A stretch of 64,000 nt of DNA from Eledone cirrhosa (Eukaryota): assembly GCA_964016885.1 (NCBI GenBank), contig OZ024740.1:311054001-311118000 (forward strand). Reading direction: 5' to 3'. This document shows, one piece after another, positions 56,190 to 64,000 of the stretch (the stretch's first letter is position 1; the number at the start of each line of letters is the position of its first letter). Position numbers and translations under genes: made by a program. Below the pieces are notes generated by a model. The model was not told the origin of the DNA, searched no databases, and saw only the letters and a list, made by a program, of their open reading frames with translations.

Positions 56190-59100
56190 TTAATTGTAAG
56201 TTGTGATGTTGCTGTTCCACTCATATTTTCTATTTAATTTTGGTTTTAATTCTTTTATGCTTACTGCCTCTGTAATTTGCCTAAATTTTGCGTCTTTTCT
56301 GTGTGTGGATTCTATTTTTATTTCTATGCTCTCTAATCTACCCTTGTGTTCTATCTTAGCATGTTGGTAGAGCACAGATGATTCTTTATTATCTTGGAGG
56401 TCTCGCCAGTGTTCATTTATTCGTTCCCCTATACTACGAGCTGTCTCACCTATGTACACTATATTTTTGTTTCTACATTGTCCTTCAGTACATCTTATGC
56501 TATACACTACATTTCTAGTTTTACAGTTAATATGGGGGCTTATTTTACAGGTTATACATTTCTTATCTATACATGAGGGTCTTTGGAACGGGTATGTCTT
56601 GCTAATAAGTGTTTTTACGGAGGTACCAGGTCTTTCTACTATCTTAATATTGAGATTATGTTTATTTAGGGCCCTTCTAAATTTGTAGGCTAGTTCACCT
56701 CTGGGGGTTGTATTGATGAACATTACACTCTGGTATTTATTGCTATCATACCATGAGTTTATTCTATTGGCCTTGTTCCTAGTTCTTTCTATTCTATTCC
56801 AAAATTTGCTCCTATACAAGGGGCAGGTCCCATTTATGTCATTATTTACCATTTTTTCCCATTTGGTTCTGGCTCCTTTATACACTCTGATTCTATCTCT
56901 CTGATTGTAGCCAGAGAACTGCATACGGTGGATGAAGTGTTGTATGTGTCTCTCTAGTTCTTCGGGGTTGCACATGCGGGACACATTTCTCATCACCCGT
57001 ACCAAATCCGCAATCAGTATGTTGATTTTGGTATGGTCCGAAATGGCCGAGTTTCGGTGGATCAGATGTTTGGAAGTCATGGGTTTGGCATAATGGGAAT
57101 GGAGGATTTGTTTTTGGTTGTTAATGGTATCTAACCAGAGCTCTGTGTCTAGTACAGGTAATCGATGGTTGGGGTGTCTACTTGGGTAGTCTATAGTAAC
57201 TCTAATGCTCTGGTGGATGGAGTTTGCTATTTGCTGGATGCTTTCCATTGTGTTTTTCTCTAGTTCCTGACTGTTCTTTAGTGGGGGTGTCTTAACTACG
57301 ATGTTTATATCATCTACGTAGCGGGAGTACATTATCAGGGTTAAGCTGTCTTCTAATTGTTCATTAAGTTTTTGTTTAAGTCTACTGTCCCACCATACCA
57401 TGAATAAGTTAGCTATGTCGCCTGCAATGCTAACACCAATGGCTGCTCCTTCCTCTTGGGCATATGTTTTACCATTAAATTTGAACATATGTTCCTTAAG
57501 GGTTAATTTTATGCTGGCCCCTACCGCATGTGCAATCATTTTCTTCAGTTCATCGTGGTTTTCGGGTGTCCGTATGGCTCTGGTCCACCCGTTCCATCTA
57601 TCTGTGTGGGTTTTCTTGGCCATTGAGGTAATGGTAGGTGGTCTGCCTCTTGCTGGTCTTGTAGGGCACAGGTTGCTAAGGTCATAAGTGTCTAGGTAAC
57701 TATTACTATGGGTAAGCTTAAGTAGAAGTCCCAGCTCACTGGTATCAATCCCACGGAACTCAACCTTGCTCTCGCTGATCATTTCTACGCATTTCTCCAC
57801 AGCAAAATCCACGTCAATAGATGGATACAGGGACACAACATCCATACTGCCTATTATGCAGTTTGTTAGGTCCCCAGATCGGTTACCCGCGCCGATTCTG
57901 CTGAGTAGGTCCTCCGTGCTGTCACACACATCTGGGGACATCTCAATGATGGGGCGTATGATCAGGGAGAGGAAGTAGGACAGTCTGTAGTTACTAGCAA
58001 TGTTAGCCCCACAGACTGGCCGTGTTGGTAGTCCCACGACAGGGTCCCAGCCCGTTTTATGGTCTTTTCGAAGCCCATACAACGCCGGCACGTCATTGTT
58101 CCAGGCCTGGAAGTTGTTGGCAGTCCTTTTGTTGGGCTGCATTATATTCGTCCACATCACCATATGGGCATTGAGGGCTTTTTCTCTATCCTCATGCTTC
58201 TGTGGTGTTACCTCTCTTGTGTTAGTGATGTGGGGTTGCATTGCCTGGATGTAGTTTGGCAGGCTGTCAACCGACATTCTGCCAGACTTGTCTGTTGGAA
58301 AACATGCTATCTCTCCATTACGCGAGCGCTGCATGAGCTTACGCAAGCCATTTGCAGATTCTTCTCCCAGTTGCTGGGCCTCTATTCTATTATGCTTCTT
58401 GCTATACTGTTCTATAATATTTCTAAGTTCGGATTTAGCTATACTAAATTGTGCTTCTGTTTGTTCATCGACCTGCGTCGGCAACTGCGTGCGTTTGTTA
58501 AATGGCAAAGTCGTGGCGTAGACTCGTCGTAGGTCGAATGATTTATCGGAGGGGTTATAAAACGGAGAGTTCCAGGCTGCTGCTTTATGTGTACTAGTGC
58601 TATTATTATTGTTAGTTGTGTTGTTTCTATTTCTATTTCCACCAACAGCCTCATGGTTGTTTCTATGTCTCTCATAATTACTCCTGTCTCTTTCCACTGG
58701 CTCAATGTTGTTATCTACCCTATTTTGTGTGTCTGTGTGTTCGTCTTGGTTATTCTCTTTGTCCTTAGTCTCCCATCTCCTTTTCCTTTTAATCCTATTA
58801 CTTTCTCTTATTTCTCTGATTTCTGTGCTACTGTCATTACTTGTTTTCTGTGTCTGTGTGTTTGTTAAGATTGTGGTGGTGGTGAGAGGCATTGAATGCG
58901 TGTGTGTTGTTGTTGTTGATGTGTGTTGTTGTTGATGTGTGTTGTTGTTGTCTCCGTGTGTGTGTATGTTATCGTTGTTGTGTGTGTTGTTATTGTTGTT
59001 TGTGTCTGCGTGTCTGTTGTTGTTGTATCTGGGTATGTTGCTATTGTTGTTGTTGTTGATGTGTGTGTTGTTGTTATTGTTGTCTCCGTGTGTGTTATCG

Positions 59101-59453
59101 TTGTTGTGTGTGTTGTTATTGTTGTTTGTGTCTGCGTGTCTGTTGTTGTTGTATCTGGGTATGTTGCTATTGTTGTTGTTGTTATTGTTGTTTGTGTCTG
59201 TGTGTCTGTTGTTGTTGGGATGTGTGTTGTATATGTGTGTGCGTATATTGTTGCTTTTGTTTTTGATGCTCCAGCGTAGTTTTGTAAATGATTTTTCTAT
59301 TTCTGACAGACAACTAATCATATTTACCTTCTTGAATGTCGCAAATTTGGGTGGCAGACGTAACACAGACATTTCATTATTATCTATTTCCTTGTTTCCA
59401 TAAATGTTGGTATTTTCGTTGTTGAACTCCTCTGATAATGAGGTGTCGGCCAT
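56190..59453 (-). CDS. Penelope-like polyprotein: reverse transcriptase and GIY-YIG endonuclease
   Basis: PTDKSG, LYGLRKDHK, PTRPV, GSMDVVSLYPSID, GAAIGVSIA, YSRYVDD, LPVLD, SGY, C-x4-C-x2-C-x7-C linker, VVYSIRC...YIGETAR, ERINEH, RQITEA. Confidence 0.95.
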   Translation of the reverse strand: MADTSLSEEFNNENTNIYGNKEIDNNEMSVLRLPPKFATFKKVNMISCLSEIEKSFTKLRWSIKNKSNNIRTHIYNTHPNNNRHTDTNNNNNNNNSNIPRYNNNRHADTNNNNNTHNNDNTHGDNNNNNTHINNNNNSNIPRYNNNRHADTNNNNNTHNNDNIHTHGDNNNTHQQQHTSTTTTHTHSMPLTTTTILTNTQTQKTSNDSSTEIREIRESNRIKRKRRWETKDKENNQDEHTDTQNRVDNNIEPVERDRSNYERHRNNHEAVGGNRNRNNTTNNNNSTSTHKAAAWNSPFYNPSDKSFDLRRVYATTLPFNKRTQLPTQVDEQTEAQFSIAKSELRNIIEQYSKKHNRIEAQQLGEESANGLRKLMQRSRNGEIACFPTDKSGRMSVDSLPNYIQAMQPHITNTREVTPQKHEDREKALNAHMVMWTNIMQPNKRTANNFQAWNNDVPALYGLRKDHKTGWDPVVGLPTRPVCGANIASNYRLSYFLSLIIRPIIEMSPDVCDSTEDLLSRIGAGNRSGDLTNCIIGSMDVVSLYPSIDVDFAVEKCVEMISESKVEFRGIDTSELGLLLKLTHSNSYLDTYDLSNLCPTRPARGRPPTITSMAKKTHTDRWNGWTRAIRTPENHDELKKMIAHAVGASIKLTLKEHMFKFNGKTYAQEEGAAIGVSIAGDIANLFMVWWDSRLKQKLNEQLEDSLTLIMYSRYVDDINIVVKTPPLKNSQELEKNTMESIQQIANSIHQSIRVTIDYPSRHPNHRLPVLDTELWLDTINNQKQILHSHYAKPMTSKHLIHRNSAISDHTKINILIADLVRVMRNVSRMCNPEELERHIQHFIHRMQFSGYNQRDRIRVYKGARTKWEKMVNNDINGTCPLYRSKFWNRIERTRNKANRINSWYDSNKYQSVMFINTTPRGELAYKFRRALNKHNLNIKIVERPGTSVKTLISKTYPFQRPSCIDKKCITCKISPHINCKTRNVVYSIRCTEGQCRNKNIVYIGETARSIGERINEHWRDLQDNKESSVLYQHAKIEHKGRLESIEIKIESTHRKDAKFRQITEAVSIKELKPKLNRKYEWNSNITTYN

Positions 59454-60060
59454 GTTGATACCGTCAATTTTGTCGGGATATCTATTGGTATACTCTATAG
59501 TATCCTGATTTAGCTTTGCCTGTTTAAGCCACTTTAGTTTTCTGTTAAAGTGCTTATCACATTCTTGAGTAATGTACTGTTCTTCGGGGCGTATAAGGCT
59601 TATAAATATTATTTTTTCTGCTGGTGTGGTGATTTTAGCTATTTCTTGTATTAGGTTACGCTTTAGTTTTTCTTGATGACTTAATTCTCTATAGATCTTC
59701 TTTTTATGTTTAGAATTAAAGTTCGTTTTAGCCTATCTGCTTGTTTTTTTGGTGAGTTGTAATCTTCTAACGTCGGTATTGATGATGTTGGTGTAGATTC
59801 TAGAAGTAGTGCACAGTTTTATGAAGCGTAGTTGTCGAGATGTTATGGTTTTTCGTAGACAACAGAACATGGTGGTTTTCAGTATCTTGTTAGCTTACGA
59901 TATTTCGTTTCTGAATTTGTTTAGCAAGATTCTTTATCTGAAATCGTGTGTTGAAACCGATATTGTTATACTTTGGGAGGGTCATGTTGCCAATAAGAAA
60001 CACACGCACCAGTTGCTTTCACTTCAATTTATTATATATTTATAAATTTATAAATTTACA

Positions 60061-60775
60061 ATCAGAGAGATAGAATCAGAGTGCATAAAGGAGCCAGAAC
60101 CAAATGGGAAAAAATGGTAAATAATGACATAAATGGGACCTGCCCCTTGTATAGGAGCAAATTTTGGAATAGAATAGAAAGAACTAGGAACAAGGCCAAT
60201 AGAATAAACTCATGGTATGATAGCAATAAATACCAGAGTGTAATGTTCATCAATACAACCCCTAGAGGCGAACTAGCCTACAAATTTAGAAGGGCCCTAA
60301 ATAAACATAATCTCAATATTAAGATAGTAGAAAGACCTGGTACCTCCGTAAAAACACTTATTAGCAAGACATACCCGTTCCAAAGACCCTCATGTATAGA
60401 TAAGAAATGTATAACCTGTAAAATAAGCCCCCATATTAACTGTAAAACTAGAAATGTAGTGTATAGCATAAGATGTACTGAAGGACAATGTAGAAACAAA
60501 AATATAGTGTACATAGGTGAGACAGCTCGTAGTATAGGGGAACGAATAAATGAACACTGGCGAGACCTCCAAGATAATAAAGAATCATCTGTGCTCTACC
60601 AACATGCCAAGATAGAACACAAGGGTAGATTAGAGAGCATAGAAATAAAAATAGAATCCACACACAGAAAAGACGCAATGTTTAGGCAAATTACAGAGGC
60701 AGTAAGCTTAAAATAATTAAAACCAAAATTAAATAGAAAATATGAGTGGAACAGCAACATCACAACTTACAATTA
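60061..60775 (+). pseudogene. Inverted duplicate of the Penelope thumb and GIY-YIG region
   Basis: ORF 60081-60716 is nearly identical to the C-terminus of 56190-59453 and ends at a premature stop. Confidence 0.9.
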
Positions 60776-61078
60776 AGGACAAAATGAAAACACACACACA
60801 TAGAACAAACAACTTACAATTAAGGACAAAATGAAAACACACACAAAATGAAAACACACACAGGACAAAATGAAAACACACACACACATAGAACAAACAA
60901 CCAACCAACAATAAATAAATAAATAAATAAATAAATAAACAAATAGATAAATGAACACAAACACACACAGACACCCGGATGTGGCGCATGCGCAAACTGA
61001 GCACACAACACACACACAGAAACAAAATGGCGTAGGATAGAAGAAAGGAAAGGCACAGAAACGAAGAAAGGAATCCCC

Positions 61079-61123
61079 AGTCACTGAAGAGGTCACAGAG
61101 TGTGTGACGAAAGGACTATGACT
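61079..61123 (+). ncRNA. Hammerhead ribozyme, family B, in the inverted pLTR
   Basis: Identical to 55937-55981 on the opposite strand; CTGAAGA at 61084-61090. Confidence 0.8.
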
Positions 61124-61276
61124 ATATATAAACAACTATCTGGTTGTGGAACCAACCAACCAACCAGAAATGTATAGGTTTGTAAATTTGTAAATTTATA
61201 AATTTATAAATATATAATAAATTGAAGTGAAAGCAACCTTATTGGCAACATGACCCTCCCAAAGTATAACAATATA

Positions 61277-61308
<32 letters not shown>

Positions 61309-61309
61309 C

Positions 61310-61397
<88 letters not shown>

Positions 61398-61942
61398 ATA
61401 TGTGTGTGCGTTTTTACTTACATATAAATTTAAGATTGGAAAAGTGTCATTGGCGCAAATTTGAGTGACACCCCTATAGCTACAGCACTTGACCTAATGT
61501 TTATATTGTACCAAGAATTCAGAGTCCTGGCCTGCATCACCTGGTGAGATAGAATGACGTGTGAGAAGATTGCAAAAAAAAAATCAGTAATCACGTAAGC
61601 CGCAGTTTATCAGAATATCCGTCTCTTAGAAGAATACTGTAACAACCGCTCGGGTTTTCTCTCGCCTAAATACCTTACTGTGCACCTAACACCAGACAGG
61701 GGATTTCTGAGTTCACCCATTATTAATGCAATCCTTGTCATCGATGATGTCACAGGCAGTGACGAAAGATGTCGAAAAACGAAACTAACGATCTAATCGA
61801 TTAATAAAATTCAAGTGAAACTCAACCCAATCGTGTGTTTAAGATTGGCAGTGTGATCTTTCTAATGCATAGGATTTCACATATATGTGTATTTACGTAT
61901 GTATAGAACTAGAAAAACTTCAATCTGAAATTTGGCTTCATT

Positions 61943-62051
<109 letters not shown>

Positions 62052-63710
62052 GTGCAATAAAGTTAAAACATTTATTGTTGCTAGGACAGTGGTGTTTGTC
62101 ACATGTTTTCAATGTTGGCAGGTATTTTCTAGATAAGACGTACAGGTGATTTGGGTTTCGTCATTTCTGCTTTCAATATTATTATTTCTATGGTTTTCCT
62201 GTATTAGCTGGTTTCGTTGTTCACATTTCTTTTAAATGGCCCTTCTTTATTCTTAGCGATAATTTTAATTTTACTTACTTCAGTTAATTCACTTTAGTGT
62301 TATTGGATTTGTAATGGGTTTTCTTTATGTCTATATTGGCGTCTTCTTTATTCACAGCCTTAACTTGAAACTTTTAGATATCTACACAAGCTGTGGGTTT
62401 TCGCTACGATCCAGTTCCTGTTTATCGCCTTCTTCCCGTTCATAATGTAGTATAATATATTTATAGGGCTTGACATGAGCATACGAACGTGTACATTCGC
62501 TTATTTTTGTCTCACTGTTCATGCCATTGAACTAGCTTTCCAAGACACTGCCATTTAATTTAATTAACTATGATTGGTCCTCTTTAATTCGTACCATGGA
62601 GAAACTGATTTTTTACCACCTACCAATTTAGTTTCGTGATTTTTTTCTATTAATATTGTCATTTACACTATTCATCAAGCATACGTTTATCCATAACTTT
62701 ATCGACGTACTCGTGGATAACAAGATACTTATAGAATTTTAAGGATAATAAAAAACTAATATCTATTCTATTAATATTAATATTTGTTAATCAAAATATT
62801 ATAGCGTTAGAAAATCACGTAACATCAGACAAATCATCTGTATAGCTCGGTACATGGTAAAATATAGTTTAGATTCATTCTGAATCTACGTGAAAATGAA
62901 AGAAAAACCAGCACATAACGAATATTTATGCAACTACTGAGTTAATCTAGATATTAAGAGATCTCTGAGAGAAACAGAATGTAAACAATTACAGTACAGC
63001 AAGGAGAAATGATGTGGCTATTGATTAATCCAAATATTAACAATAAAAAATTATGAAATTGTTATGAAGAACGAAGTATAGCATTGTAAAAATATAAATA
63101 TTAATATTTAAACTCTATTAGACAATTTTACAATTGATTGAGTCGTGCAAAAAGCTTAACTATAATCTGTATTGCTGGCTACGTGTCAATGGAAATATTA
63201 AAGGGAAAGATATCAAGAAGTGAACAATAGAAAACAACTTTGTAACTACTGATTAACAGAGATATTAACAACAACAGAACTAACACATTAATCGAAATAT
63301 CAATTCAGAGTTAGCGAGTTTAAAAGAGAGAAAGAAAGCAGATACAAACTCAGAGCTATTAGCATGTGGATTTTACAAGAGATAAAGACAACTACAGAGA
63401 ACAGAAATATATGATGACTAAATGCATAAATATGGGAAATAAATGAATATGAGAAATATTGAGGAAAGGAAAATCAAATAACCTTATCTTTTTATATATA
63501 ATATATACTTAATACGACGTTTATTTGTTACCTCAAACACGTGTTTTATCAGAGATTAAGCATCAGTTAATGTCCTGTAGCGGAAGAATAACCGGAAAAA
63601 TTGTTGTTTGTTACACTGATAGTTCCCAAGATTGAATGGTTCAATTGGATTCGATGTATTTGCAATTTAGAGAAGCAAGTAGAGCACGACACCTCTAACC
63701 GGAGGACAAC

Positions 63711-63853
<143 letters not shown>

Positions 63854-64000
63854 CTGTTTGTAATACTATATGTTGAAATTCATATGATTATTACATATAT
63901 GTACACATAAGTATTGTATTAAGACGCTTACAATCCTATTTATTCAATGTGTATAATTATACACACATATACGAAGTCTCGGTTTTCCTCTACTGTATAA

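Larger units (their letters stand above)
55711..61274 (-). mobile_element. Penelope-like retroelement with a partial tandem pLTR and an inverted 3' duplication, within (TA)n
   Basis: Direct repeat 55711-55872 = 59900-60061; 60057-61274 is an inverted copy of 55771-56910; hammerhead in the pLTR; RT plus GIY-YIG ORF. Confidence 0.95.

Noticed and set aside
56394-59403. Plus-strand ORFs overlapping the Penelope ORF, and similar antisense ORFs over the LINEs
   Set aside because: Antisense shadows of the real coding frames, with no recognisable motifs
56190-59870. Selenoprotein-type (UGA-recoding) Penelope element
   Set aside because: The long ORF has no in-frame TGA; the upstream interruption is TAG, and I recognised no SECIS

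Overview
AT-rich, microsatellite-dense eukaryotic DNA. The SINE/LINE repertoire suggests a mollusc, probably an octopod cephalopod (inference). I found no host protein-coding exon. The window is almost entirely mobile DNA. It holds a near-intact Penelope-like element (RT plus GIY-YIG, 55711-61274) with tandem and inverted pseudo-LTRs, a near full-length Tx1/L1-clade LINE (45799-51035), an R4/Dong-type RLE LINE inserted in (TAA)n (9411-12107), remnants of RTE, CR1, CRE and Penelope elements, many tRNA-derived SINE copies, a MITE and a Helitron-like element. The most notable signal, read by eye, is at least 11 minimal type I hammerhead ribozyme motifs in six sequence families, plus half-motifs of a seventh. 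Most sit in short non-coding fold-back units embedded in (TA)n, including a perfect 178-bp-arm palindrome with one ribozyme on each strand. This suggests a diverse population of non-autonomous Penelope-derived, retrozyme-like elements. A second signal is a shared 3' end and (ATT)n tail between the Tx1 LINE and the dominant SINE.
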